A DNA stretch of 64,000 nucleotides from an uncultured bacterium (GTDB taxonomy: Bacteria > Oederibacteriota > PGYV01 > CAWJRG01), in NCBI GenBank assembly GCA_963845185.1, contig CAWJRG010000009.1, positions 768,001-832,000 of the forward strand, read 5' to 3'. The position numbers were made by a program, and so were the translations under genes. Below, piece after piece: positions 50,849 through 63,078 of this stretch. The notes under the pieces were generated by a model. It worked only from the letters and a program-made list of their open reading frames with translations. It was not told the origin of the DNA and did not search any database. How positions within the stretch are numbered: position 1 is the stretch's first letter; every line of letters starts with the position of its first letter.

Positions 50849-50943
50849 TCATTGCGAACCCCGCTTTTATTTTTATGGGGCGTGGCAATCTCGTTTTTCC
50901 CTTTTAATAAGGGATTGTTTCGTCGCTTAACTTCTCGCAATGA
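50849..50943. repeat. Palindromic MITE/REP-like element
   Basis: Terminal inverted repeats TCATTGCGA/TCGCAATGA with an inner GGCAATCTC/GGGATTGTT arm pair. Confidence 0.65.
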
Positions 50944-51020
50944 CAATCAAAAATTGTAGTTATAATATCATTTTTTTTGTTTTTTACAATAGCGGTTTTG
51001 TAATGCGGCTTATCGGCGTA

Positions 51021-51830
51021 TTATTTTTTGTTATCCTTAATATATTTGGCTACTTCGCCGAAAGGCGCTATCCAGTATTTGTCCCTGTTATCGCTTAAAT
51101 ACTTCAGCAGTTCCTCGTGCGCCTGGGCGTCAGTGGGTATCCAGTCTCCTCCGACGCCGTGGAAAAGGAACACGGCCCACGAATTCGTCATTTCGGCTTC
51201 CTTTGCAAGTTCAATCATCTCAGGCCCTGTTTTGCCATTCACGGCAAAGCACGGTATCATCGTCATTTCGATTGCGTCAGGGTATGCATGCCTCCACGTA
51301 ACCCCTCTTGCCGCAAGGAACTTTTCCTTTACCAGCGGAATATAGCTTTCGTCATTGTCGCCCACAAACGTGTCGCCGCACGGGTAAGCAAAGACATAAT
51401 AGCCGCTCACATAACCTAATTTTTTAAGCCTGTCGATGTTATCCTGCAGCTCTTGTTTCATCCTTTGCAGGGTGTAATCCTGGAGGCTGTAGCTGAGTTT
51501 TTTTGACTTGTTACAAGCGTGGTTGATGGTATGGCACCCTATTTCATTGCCGTCTTTAATGATTTCCAGCCATTCTCCGGCATGCGCGTCGTTCATAAGG
51601 TAGTCCCCTGTCGGGAAAAACGTGGCTTTTAAATTATATTTTTTAAGGGCAGGCACTGCGTTTTCAAACTGCGAATCCATGCCGTCGTCATAGGTCAGCG
51701 AAACCGCGGCCCTGGCGTTGTTTGGCCAGGTATAGATAGGCTTGCTTTCATTTTCGGCTTTCTTTTTCATTGTGTCGCATCCTCCTGCTATTAAAAGTAT
51801 TATTACGGCTAATATGAAGTATTTTTTCAA
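51021..51830 (-). CDS. Polysaccharide deacetylase (CE4) lipoprotein
   Basis: Lipobox AGGC; LTYDDG, EIGCHT..H, FAYP.G, FHGV. Confidence 0.88.
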   Translation of the reverse strand: MKKYFILAVIILLIAGGCDTMKKKAENESKPIYTWPNNARAAVSLTYDDGMDSQFENAVPALKKYNLKATFFPTGDYLMNDAHAGEWLEIIKDGNEIGCHTINHACNKSKKLSYSLQDYTLQRMKQELQDNIDRLKKLGYVSGYYVFAYPCGDTFVGDNDESYIPLVKEKFLAARGVTWRHAYPDAIEMTMIPCFAVNGKTGPEMIELAKEAEMTNSWAVFLFHGVGGDWIPTDAQAHEELLKYLSDNRDKYWIAPFGEVAKYIKDNKK

Positions 51831-51866
51831 GTTAAGCCTCCCTTGGTTAAATAGCCCGGTGGGCTA

Positions 51867-52268
51867 TTAATGCTTTTTCCCGGAAAAGTATTTCTTCATC
51901 GGTTTGAAATAAAAATCGATCCATCCTTTTTTGTATTCTTTTGCCTGCCCGTCGGGTATTTCTGTATGGATTAATGATAATTTTGTGCCTTTTTTTCCCT
52001 GCTCGAGCAGTATTTCAAGATTTGAATCAGGGCTGCCTTCGGGAAATTCAGTCGTGCGCCATTTCTGCACTATCCGCGTATATGGTTTTAATCCGACATT
52101 CGTGCCACTTATATATCCGTCCCAGGCTATAAATTTTCCGCCTTTTTTAGGGTCAACTTTCGCAGGGCTTTTGGTAAATGCAGAGTGCCCTTTGCTGTCC
52201 AACCATGCAATATATATATCTTTTGCCGTAGCATTTAACAGGGTAGAAACCTTCAGTGATTCGCTCAT
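51867..52268 (-). CDS. SRPBCC/AHSA1-like domain protein
   Basis: Y.AWLD, GG.F..WDG.I.G, RIVQ.WR, GW..FYF.P. Confidence 0.85.
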   Translation of the reverse strand: MSESLKVSTLLNATAKDIYIAWLDSKGHSAFTKSPAKVDPKKGGKFIAWDGYISGTNVGLKPYTRIVQKWRTTEFPEGSPDSNLEILLEQGKKGTKLSLIHTEIPDGQAKEYKKGWIDFYFKPMKKYFSGKKH

Positions 52269-52430
52269 ATTTACCTCCGTTATATCTTAAAGCTTCCATT
52301 TTACGATTTTTAATTATAAATTAATTTTTAGCCAATTATTTGCTTGTTTAAGCTGTTACTTAAGGTCTAAATACATTTAAAATTTCACTTTTTCTGTTTT
52401 CCCTGTAATGCATGTATGCATTACAAAGCA

Positions 52431-55400
52431 TTATTTTAATATAATAATCGTATCTGTCCTGGAGCCTACCTTTACCCCGCTTTTTTCCCCAATTACCATG
52501 TAATAATATGTTCCGGGACTCAGGCCGCCAAGCACGTTGCTGTCGCATGTCAAAACCACTCCGCCTTCCGCCTGTTCCACATTTTGTCCCGTTCCATCAA
52601 ATGTCTCTTCCCTTATAAGCCTGTAAGCCTCTGTATATATTTTCAGTATTATGCTGTTTACATTATTTGGCGCTACATTAACCATGATTTTTAATTGTTC
52701 TATCTCCGGGTTTATGGGATTCGGATACGGCATTAAATGCCCTACCGTCAGCGGCCCTGACAACACCGCTGCCGGCATATTTGTTGCCGTAAGCGTAGGT
52801 GTTCCTGTCACTACGGGTGACTGTGTACTTGTCTGTGTTATGGTCGGCGTGCCTGTAAGCGACGGCGTACCTGTAATTGTCGCTGTAACCGTAGGCGTCG
52901 GCGTGTTTGTCGGCGTGCCTGTAAGCGATGGTGTGCCTGTAATTGTCGCTGTAACCGTAGGCGTCGGCGTGTTTGTCGGCGTGCCTGTAAGCGATGGTGT
53001 GCCTGTAATTGTCGCTGTAACCGTAGGCGTCGGCGTGTTTGTCGGCGTTTGAGTTATTGTGAAAGTCGTGGTATTAGTCGGCGTTGATGTCTGTGAAACA
53101 TATGGCGTAATGGTCGGTGAAGGACATGCCCCGAACTTTTGGATCCTGTAATTGTTTGTATCCGCTACGTACACGTCTCCGCTGCTGTCTGTTGCCAGCC
53201 CGTATGGACTGAAAAACTGCCCATTGTTTCCACCCATGATGCCCCATTCTGTCATAAATGTGCCTGTACTGCTGAATTCCTGTATCCTGTTATTGCCCTC
53301 GTCCGAGACATACACGTTTCCGCTGCTGTCGCATGCCACTCCGGTAGGATAATGAAATTGCCCGGGGTTTGATCCTGAACTGCCCCACTGCGTGATATAT
53401 ACGCCTGAGCCTGTGAATTTCTGTACTGTATCAATGCTTATATCTGAAACATACACGTTACCGCTTCCGTCCACTGCTATGCCTTCAGGCTCGACAAACT
53501 GGCCATTGCCCAGCCCCGGAGTGCCCCATTGCGCTATATATGCGCCTGTGCTGCTGAATTCTTCCACCCTGCTGTTCATAGAATCTGTGACATACACATT
53601 TCCGCTGTTATTATCCACTGCAATACCGTAAGGTGAGCTGAACTGGCCGTTCCCGCTTCCGGCGCTTCCCCACTGTGCGGCATATGCGCCGTTGCTTGTG
53701 AATTCCTGTATCCTGTTATTTTTATAATCCGTGACATATACGTTTCCGTTGCTGCCTACAGCCACCCCGCTGGGTTCACTAAACTGGCCGTTGCCGCTTC
53801 CCGGACCGCCCCACTGCGTTATAAAAGTGCCTGTGCTGCTGAATGCCTGGATGCTGTTATTAAACCAGTCCACGACATACACATTTCCGCTGTTATTGTC
53901 CACTGCCGCTGAAAAAGGAGCGATAAACTGCCCGTTTTTGGCCCCATAACTTCCCCATTTTGTAATATAGCACGGCGCAGGGCCTGATGATACCATAGTA
54001 GCAGTATAGGTTATTGTGGGTGACACTACAGGTGACTGTGTGGCCGACACCGTGATTATAGGTGTTATTGTAACTGTCATTGTATACGGGGCAATAGTCT
54101 GTGTTGGTGAAATAGTCGGCGATACAACCGGCGTAGGGCTTGCGCACACGCCGAACTCCTGTATCCTGTTATTCTGGCTGTCTGCAACAAATATATCTCC
54201 GGCGCTGTCTATTGCCACGCCATTGGCGCCGTGAAACTGCCCGTTGTTGAGCCCAAGGCCTCCCCATTGCGTGATATACACGCCGCTGCTTGTGAATTCC
54301 TGTACCCTGTTGTTATTCCAGTCGCCAATATAAATGTTTCCATTGCTGTCCATTGCTATTCCGGCAGGCCCGTTGAACTGCCCCGGGTTTGTTCCGCTGC
54401 TGCCCCACTGGGTTAAATAAGTGCCTGTGGCTGTGAATTCTTCCACCCTGTTATTCTGGAAGTCTGTAATATATAAAGTTCCGCTGCTGTCTATTACTAT
54501 ATTGGAAGGATACTCAAACTGTCCGTTGCCTGCGCCGTAACTACCCCATCGTCTTATGTATGTGCCTGTACTGCTGAATTCCTGGATTCTGCTGTTATTA
54601 TAATCCGCGACATATACGTTTCCGCTGCTGTCCAGCGCAATTCCTTCAGGATATTCAAACTGCCCGTTGCCGTTTCCTGTGGTACCCCATTGCGTGATAT
54701 ATGCACCTGAACCTGTAAATTCCTGTATTCTGTTATTCTGCATGTCCGAGACATACACGTTTCCGCTGCTGCCTATGGCTATTCCCGTAGGCTCATAAAA
54801 CTGCCCGTTGCCGGTCCCGGAACCGCCCCATTGCGTTATATACATTCCCGTATTGCTGAATTCCCGAATCCTGTTATTCATCTCGTCTGCAATATACACG
54901 TTCCCATTGCTGTCCAACGCTACGCCATTGGGCCAGTCAAACTGGCCGTTGCCTGTTCCTAAACTGCCCCATTTTGTGATAAAGCATGGAGTCGGACCTG
55001 ATACCAGAGTTGCAGTGAAAGTCGGCGATATTGTAGATGTGCAAGTGGTGCTCGGTGTTATTGTAAAAGTCGCGCTTACGGTACGGGTTGGAGTAACAGA
55101 CAGAGTAGCTGTATTTGACAGTGTACACAAACAGGTATTCGTATATGTGCCTGTTGCCGATATTGTGATTGTTAATGTGGGAGTGCTTGTCGGAGTGTTT
55201 GTAAATGTGCTTAAAACAGACGGAGTACCTGTCCCTGTAGGAGTAGTTGTGTACGTACACATGCAGGCATTTGTCAATGTGGCCGTGGGTGATATTATGA
55301 TTGTTTGCGTATTTGTCATTGTCCGTGTCGGGGATGCTGTAAAAGTCGGAGTTGATGTCGCCGAAGGGCAAATTCCGAATTTTTGGATCCTGTCATTCTG

Positions 55401-56291
55401 AGTGTCTGCAACATACACGTTAAAATTGCTGTCTACTATCACTCCGGCAGGATATTCAAACTGTCCGTTAGCGGTTCCTTGATTTCCCCATTGTGTTATA
55501 TATACGCCTGTGCTGTCAAATTCCTGGATCCTGTTATTCTGCTGGTCCGCGACATATACGTTAGAATTATTGTCTACTGCTATTCCATAAGGATACTCAA
55601 ACTGACTGCTGCCGCTTCCCTGAATTCCCCATTGTGCAATATATACGCCCGCACTGCTGAATTTTTGAATCCTGTAATTAGCAGAATCCGAGACATACAC
55701 GTTTCCGTTGCTGTCTACTGCCACTCCATGAGGATTATAAAACTGGCCGTTGGCGGTTCCACTGACATACCCGGGAGTGCCCCATTGTGTTATGTATGCA
55801 CCTGCACTGCTGAATTCCTGGATTCTGTTATTGCCATTGTCCGCGACATACACATCACCGCTGCTGTCTGTTGCTACTCCAATAGGCAAATTAAACTGGC
55901 CGTTGCCGTTTCCATAATTACCCCATTGTGTTAAATATGTCCCTGTATTGCTATATTCATATATTCCGTTATTAATATAATCTGAAACATACACGTTTCC
56001 ACTACCGGCTATTGCTATTCCCAAAGGATAAGAAAGTTGCCCGCTGCCAAATTGGGTTATGTAAGCGCCTGTGTTGCTGAATTCCTGGATTCTGCTATTA
56101 GCTGAGTCTGCGACATACACGTTCCCGCTGTTATCCACTGCTACTCCATAAGGATAATTACTAAACTGCCCGTTACCGGTTCCAAAACTTCCCCAGGCAA
56201 GGATGAAACAAGGCGGCGATGCAGCCGCGCTATAGGAGCTCATTATAAAAACGGATAAAAGAAACAGAAAATATTTCAGTGATTTTTTCAA
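52431..56291 (-). CDS. Large secreted NHL-repeat protein (three propellers) with YPNP C-terminal domain
   Basis: TTG start after GGAGG; signal peptide; three blocks of six NHL repeats; Thr/Pro linkers; PYPNP...KIYTEAYRLI...GTYYY. Confidence 0.9.
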   Translation of the reverse strand: MKKSLKYFLFLLSVFIMSSYSAAASPPCFILAWGSFGTGNGQFSNYPYGVAVDNSGNVYVADSANSRIQEFSNTGAYITQFGSGQLSYPLGIAIAGSGNVYVSDYINNGIYEYSNTGTYLTQWGNYGNGNGQFNLPIGVATDSSGDVYVADNGNNRIQEFSSAGAYITQWGTPGYVSGTANGQFYNPHGVAVDSNGNVYVSDSANYRIQKFSSAGVYIAQWGIQGSGSSQFEYPYGIAVDNNSNVYVADQQNNRIQEFDSTGVYITQWGNQGTANGQFEYPAGVIVDSNFNVYVADTQNDRIQKFGICPSATSTPTFTASPTRTMTNTQTIIISPTATLTNACMCTYTTTPTGTGTPSVLSTFTNTPTSTPTLTITISATGTYTNTCLCTLSNTATLSVTPTRTVSATFTITPSTTCTSTISPTFTATLVSGPTPCFITKWGSLGTGNGQFDWPNGVALDSNGNVYIADEMNNRIREFSNTGMYITQWGGSGTGNGQFYEPTGIAIGSSGNVYVSDMQNNRIQEFTGSGAYITQWGTTGNGNGQFEYPEGIALDSSGNVYVADYNNSRIQEFSSTGTYIRRWGSYGAGNGQFEYPSNIVIDSSGTLYITDFQNNRVEEFTATGTYLTQWGSSGTNPGQFNGPAGIAMDSNGNIYIGDWNNNRVQEFTSSGVYITQWGGLGLNNGQFHGANGVAIDSAGDIFVADSQNNRIQEFGVCASPTPVVSPTISPTQTIAPYTMTVTITPIITVSATQSPVVSPTITYTATMVSSGPAPCYITKWGSYGAKNGQFIAPFSAAVDNNSGNVYVVDWFNNSIQAFSSTGTFITQWGGPGSGNGQFSEPSGVAVGSNGNVYVTDYKNNRIQEFTSNGAYAAQWGSAGSGNGQFSSPYGIAVDNNSGNVYVTDSMNSRVEEFSSTGAYIAQWGTPGLGNGQFVEPEGIAVDGSGNVYVSDISIDTVQKFTGSGVYITQWGSSGSNPGQFHYPTGVACDSSGNVYVSDEGNNRIQEFSSTGTFMTEWGIMGGNNGQFFSPYGLATDSSGDVYVADTNNYRIQKFGACPSPTITPYVSQTSTPTNTTTFTITQTPTNTPTPTVTATITGTPSLTGTPTNTPTPTVTATITGTPSLTGTPTNTPTPTVTATITGTPSLTGTPTITQTSTQSPVVTGTPTLTATNMPAAVLSGPLTVGHLMPYPNPINPEIEQLKIMVNVAPNNVNSIILKIYTEAYRLIREETFDGTGQNVEQAEGGVVLTCDSNVLGGLSPGTYYYMVIGEKSGVKVGSRTDTIIILK
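52843..53048. repeat. Three tandem 66-bp repeats encoding TPTNTPTPTVTATITGTPSLTG
   Basis: Units start at 52843, 52909 and 52975; two are identical and one differs at three synonymous positions. Confidence 0.92.
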
Positions 56292-56576
56292 ATTAAATAC
56301 CTCCGTCCTGTATTTGTATGTGGAGCCCCCCCGCCTTCACAGGCAGGGCACCTTTAAAAAAATCTCATATGCTCCCTTCCCGGAGCGGCCAGATATCCCA
56401 CTGGGATATCTTCCTGTCCCCGCCTGACATCGGCTGAGCTCAGTCGAAACCCTACCGGCGGGGATTTTCGCGGAGTGGGATTAAAATCTTGATGCCAAAT
56501 TCGTAATTACGCATTAGACGCAAAATCTATAATTTAGTTTACCAGGGCGTCAATGTTTGTATTTGGCATTCAGATT

Positions 56577-57479
56577 GGCACATTCAATGTTTAAGTGCAA
56601 CACAACTGATTAAAAACTTCGTTTGGCGTTTTCCAATTTAAACATTTTCTCGGTAGATTGTTAAGCCAATTTTCAAGTTCTTGAATCTTTGCATTGCTTA
56701 TCTTATCAAAGTCTGTACCTTTCGGGTATATCCTTCTTGCAAGCCCTATTGTATTTTCTACGGTTCCTTTTTCATAAGGCTTGCCTTCGTGACAAAAGAA
56801 CGACTTACATCCCAACTCTTTATTGATCTTTTCGTGTTCCTACATTTTCCTTGCCGTTATCGTATGTTATCGATAATCTTGCTTCTTCGGGAACCGTTCT
56901 TAACGAATCTCTTATGTTTTTACTATTGCGTGCTGCCGTTATCTTATTTGTCTTTCTTACCTTGGTCAATCTTGTCTTTCTTTCTACTGTAAATGTTAAT
57001 CCTGAATCTTTTTGTTTCAAGCCCATCATTGTATCGCTTTCCCAATGTCCTATCTTTTTACGCCTCTCTATGTATTTTGGTCTTAAATCTATTAATATTC
57101 TATTGGGTATATGTGTCTTTCTATGGGTTCTCCGTTGTCCCTTCATATGCCTTTTAATATGGCCTCTTGGTAACTTACACCTTAAATCCAGCCTTTGTTT
57201 GTATACAAAACCATATATTGTTTCTGGACTTACATGTTTCCCAGGGTATTCTTCGTTCAGACGTCCGGATATCCTTTCCGGCGTCCAATTGTTTTCTATC
57301 TTACCAACTACATAATTCTGTACTTCTTTATCTCTGATTCTTCCTTGCGGATGTTTTATTCGTCTTTTATAGTTATAGTGTGCTCTCTTGGGAACATATC
57401 TTCCGTCTATATCCGAATTTCTGTTAATTTCTCTGTAAATGGTTGATCTGTTTCTCTCTAATTCATCTGCTATTTCTGT
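56577..57479 (-). pseudogene. IS30-family transposase remnant, 5'-truncated and frameshifted
   Basis: IA..L.R..STI.RE..RN HTH, W.PE.I, GHWE.D, DNGKE, EKGT.EN..G..R, N..PRK.L..KTP; right IR-like TGTTGCACTT...; no in-frame start; break near 56838. Confidence 0.88.
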
Positions 57480-57480
57480 C

Positions 57481-57515
57481 CATTCCCCATTCCCTATTCT
57501 CTATTCCCGATTCCC
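57481..57515. repeat. Five heptamer tandem repeats (NATTCCC)
   Basis: CATTCCC CATTCCC TATTCTC TATTCCC GATTCCC. Confidence 0.8.
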
Positions 57516-57566
57516 TTCTCACTTCAAGCAGGCACAAGGCAAGTCTTACACTATCTTTCGCTTATT

Positions 57567-59789
<2,223 letters not shown>

Positions 59790-59872
59790 TTATTTTATTA
59801 TAATTCATCCCACCAGCTGAAGTTGGGGGATTTCTTTCTGGATTGAAAATAGATATAATATAGCATAGATTC

Positions 59873-60229
59873 CTACGGCTTCAGCAATATCCTGCCATAC
59901 GCCACAAACGCGGCAAGGATGGCTGGCACCACACCCCAGAGCATGCCCGGAAACCCGGCATACTGGGCGAAAAGCACACAGCCGGACAAAGCATATACGG
60001 CCAGGCAGATTGCCGAGATGGAGACCAGTTTGCGCAGCGGCTTAATTATGCCGGGTATGACCAATCCCAATGCAAATAAAACCTGGAGCGCGCCAATGGC
60101 CAGCCATACAGGCCTGGGCAGATTAACCGTGGCTGCCTGCAGATTTTTAAAATTTTGCGCTGTGTATATCCCGCCAATCACGTTCCAGAGAGCCAGCAGG
60201 ATTTGAAGAACCCATAACAGGATGTTCAT
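59873..60229 (-). CDS. DoxX-like membrane protein
   Basis: MNILLWVLQILLA, four TM segments, FVAYGR end; start at 60229 after AAGGAG. Confidence 0.78.
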   Translation of the reverse strand: MNILLWVLQILLALWNVIGGIYTAQNFKNLQAATVNLPRPVWLAIGALQVLFALGLVIPGIIKPLRKLVSISAICLAVYALSGCVLFAQYAGFPGMLWGVVPAILAAFVAYGRILLKP

Positions 60230-60442
60230 ATACTTACTCCTTATCCGCCGGCGTACAGCCGGCATGGTTTTATGATAAAATTTATCCACCTGCGCAGAAC
60301 ACCACGCGCATACGCGTGGGGCTCCAGTGGCTGAATTATGGCATGTTAATACAGGTTTGCGTAACAGCGGCATTCCGCTTTAAATTGACATATTTCTATT
60401 TCAATTTTAAAAAAATGGGGTAACTAAGACAGGTTCAGGCTC

Positions 60443-60640
60443 TTATTTTGTCCCAATAGCTGCTGCCGGTGTTTTTTTTACAGGGACTGGTGTTTTTATT
60501 ACTTTTTTTCTCGCCTTGACTTTTGTAATTTTCTTCACATGTGCCGCGCTCCCTGCTGCCGGCGTCGCTGCCGGTGATGCCGCGAATGCCATTGAGGCCG
60601 CGAACACTGCTGCTAATAACGCTATTATGGTTTTTTTCAT
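60443..60640 (-). CDS. Small secreted Lys/Ala-rich protein, 65 aa
   Basis: AAGGAGA SD; MKKTIIALL...AFA signal peptide; basic low-complexity mature part. Confidence 0.7.
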   Translation of the reverse strand: MKKTIIALLAAVFAASMAFAASPAATPAAGSAAHVKKITKVKARKKVIKTPVPVKKTPAAAIGTK

Positions 60641-60689
60641 GACTATTTCTCCTTTTCCGGGCTTTGCCCGCGTTTTATCAGAAATGCGT

Positions 60690-61838
60690 TCAGAAAACCT
60701 GGAACTCCCATATGGAAATGCCGCCGCCTGCTGAATCCGTGTCAGTGGCAAACACCCTTATATACCGGCCCGATGCTGACAATCCGGTAAATACGCTGGC
60801 AGCATTATTGCCAGGCCCTGTTGCCGTTATAAAATCCGTCCATGTAATTGTGTCATTTGAAGACTGTACATAGAAAGTCGTTGCAGGAGATGACAGCCAG
60901 TATATATTTACCTGGCTTATGCTGTAGACAGCTCCAAGGTCGACATATATCCAGTTCGGGTAGGTTGTGGTAGCTTCCCATGCTGTCAGCATGTTTCCGT
61001 CAACTGCGTTTGCAGCCGTCTGCCCGTTTTGAAAATCAGAGGCAACCGCAGGTTTGCCCTGGGATAACGGATTCCCCACTCCATAATTCACGTCCCAGCT
61101 GGCAGTATATACCGCACGTATCCCGCTCGCCGGATCCAGATTTGATGATAATGTCCCGTTATAACCATTCACCTGCAGGTCCACTGCGTACACTCCGTCA
61201 TCTCCGGGATAGTAACCGCCTGCAATATTCACGCTGCCGCTGGTCCCGTAGGCGTTCCATATGCCGGTGGTTACAGGATTCGTAACGGTTGCAAGGCCGG
61301 TTCCGCCGTACATCCACGTAATAGTGTAGCCGTCTGCGCTCATGACAGCGTTTCCCGGCGTTATTGCTGTTTCCGTATAATCAATCCCCTGATAGTTATA
61401 ATCCACTTTATATGTATCTCCCGGTATATAGGTATATGTCCCGGAAGAGTCGGCAGCTTCATAATCCTGGTTTGAGCTGACATAGGCGAGCGCTATTGGC
61501 GATGTCATCGCCGTGGTATCCTGCACTGTAATACTGGCTGAGCCTGACATCAGGATGCCGTTCACTGAAATTGACACGGCATAATGGGCGCTGCACTGCC
61601 CGCTTCCGTTATCCGAGCCGATCAGGTCCGCGCTCAGAAGCACATCCGGGGTCGGTGTTGGCGTTATTGTGGCTGTCGGCGTGATTGTGGCTGTCGCCAT
61701 CTTCGTAACCGTGGCTGTTGCAGCCGCCTTGCCCGCAGCCGGAGGAGCTGTGGGCGGCTTTACATTTTCGCACCCGATTAAGGCCAGTATTGAAATAATC
61801 AATGCCGTAATAAATACCGGTACAATTTTATTTTTCAT
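60690..61838 (-). CDS. Lipoprotein with a C-terminal discoidin/F5-8 type C (CBM32-like) domain
   Basis: Lipobox LIGC; T/P linker; GKPA.AS...NAVDG...T.W...WIYVDLG...GRYIRV...SIWEFQVF. Confidence 0.85.
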   Translation of the reverse strand: MKNKIVPVFITALIISILALIGCENVKPPTAPPAAGKAAATATVTKMATATITPTATITPTPTPDVLLSADLIGSDNGSGQCSAHYAVSISVNGILMSGSASITVQDTTAMTSPIALAYVSSNQDYEAADSSGTYTYIPGDTYKVDYNYQGIDYTETAITPGNAVMSADGYTITWMYGGTGLATVTNPVTTGIWNAYGTSGSVNIAGGYYPGDDGVYAVDLQVNGYNGTLSSNLDPASGIRAVYTASWDVNYGVGNPLSQGKPAVASDFQNGQTAANAVDGNMLTAWEATTTYPNWIYVDLGAVYSISQVNIYWLSSPATTFYVQSSNDTITWTDFITATGPGNNAASVFTGLSASGRYIRVFATDTDSAGGGISIWEFQVF

Positions 61839-61839
61839 A

Positions 61840-62835
61840 TTAAAATTCCTCCTTTGCAAATATCATCATGCCGATACCTGACGAAACCGGCCCCACTTTT
61901 ATATCAGCAGGATACACCCAGTGCAGGCAGAAATAATCCAGCGCTGTATACGCAAGCGCCGCGCCTGCCAGGCACGTACCTATGACCAGCGGCGTCTTCT
62001 TGTCATCCACTGTTTTTTCCATGGAAAGAAGCTGGTTATAGTTTGTACCTTCGGCGTTGTTCAGTACGCTGTAACTTTTGTTGTAATTACCCGCGGCTGT
62101 CCTCTGGTCATTGACCGCGTAAGCACCGTAAGCAACCAGCGCGACGTCAAGCGCGTCCAAGCCCATGCACCCCCAGCATATCCCGTTTTGCTTTTTTTCA
62201 GGCGCTGCGGTTACGGGCGCTGCTATTTCTGGTTTTTTCTCCTGTGTTTCCGCTATTATTAATTTCTTTTCCATGGTTTTCCCCGTAATCTTCACTTCTA
62301 TCCTTCTGTTCGCGCTTCTTCCTTCCGGTGTTGAATTATCTGCCAGGAAATTGACCGGCCCGAGCCCTTTAATGACAAAATCTTTTTCTGCCAGGCCCCT
62401 TTCCCTGAGCTTGTCAAGGATATATGCCATGACCGAACCTGCCCTTTTTTCCGATAACTTTATATTATACGCTTTTCTCCCCCTGTCGTCCGTATAGCCG
62501 TCTATCTGTATCACCGGCTTTTCTTTTTTATCCAGGAAATCTCCTATTATGGCCGTAACTTCTTCCAGTTTAGGATAAGCCTCTTCGGGTATTTCCGCGC
62601 TGTTTTTCGCAAATGTCAGCCCGTAAATCGTCAACCCGCTTTCAGCAGCAGCGCCCTGGGCCGTAGCAGTAGTGCCCTGGGCTGCTATGGTAGTACCCTC
62701 CTGGGCAGTTATGGTAATATCCTGGGCTGTTGCAGTAATCCCGGAAGCCTGCGCAGCAGGCGTGACATCCCCGGCAAAAGCACAAACAGAAAATAAAGAC
62801 AGGATTATAAACAAAGCAATTTTTTTTCCTTTCAT
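61840..62835 (-). CDS. OmpA-like peptidoglycan-binding domain protein
   Basis: Signal peptide; TxTAQ repeats; F..NSA, GYTD..G...YN..LS.KRA, NRRIE; hydrophobic C-terminal part ending in F. Confidence 0.85.
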   Translation of the reverse strand: MKGKKIALFIILSLFSVCAFAGDVTPAAQASGITATAQDITITAQEGTTIAAQGTTATAQGAAAESGLTIYGLTFAKNSAEIPEEAYPKLEEVTAIIGDFLDKKEKPVIQIDGYTDDRGRKAYNIKLSEKRAGSVMAYILDKLRERGLAEKDFVIKGLGPVNFLADNSTPEGRSANRRIEVKITGKTMEKKLIIAETQEKKPEIAAPVTAAPEKKQNGICWGCMGLDALDVALVAYGAYAVNDQRTAAGNYNKSYSVLNNAEGTNYNQLLSMEKTVDDKKTPLVIGTCLAGAALAYTALDYFCLHWVYPADIKVGPVSSGIGMMIFAKEEF

Positions 62836-62987
62836 AAAAGCCTCCTATTTTTTTCACACCGCTTTATAGCGTTTGTTTTGTCAAGCTTCCCAGCGCAGAC
62901 AAAACATTACGCTATAAAGTACCCGCTCAAGTCTCGAGCTTGCGAGAGACAAGAGGTGTTGATAATTTTTCCAAATTCGTAGATACA

Positions 62988-63016
62988 ATTATATCTTTGC
63001 TTTATGTCTTTGTCAA
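62988..63016 (-). promoter_or_regulatory. Perfect sigma70 promoter TTGACA-17-TATAAT
   Basis: Exact consensus about 150 nt upstream of the OmpA-like gene. Confidence 0.8.
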
Positions 63017-63078
63017 TTACGGAAGGAGTGAATTTAATTGAAAATTGAAAATTCTTGATTGAATTACCTCCGACTTCC

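Noticed and set aside
50792..51000. T-box riboswitch upstream of leuS
   Set aside because: No T-box consensus (AAGGTGGNACC-like) or terminator is visible; the structure looks like a palindromic repeat.
56300..56515. Known riboswitch (c-di-GMP, cobalamin, c-di-AMP)
   Set aside because: Only short fragments resemble these consensus sequences and not in the right order; kept as an unknown structured leader.
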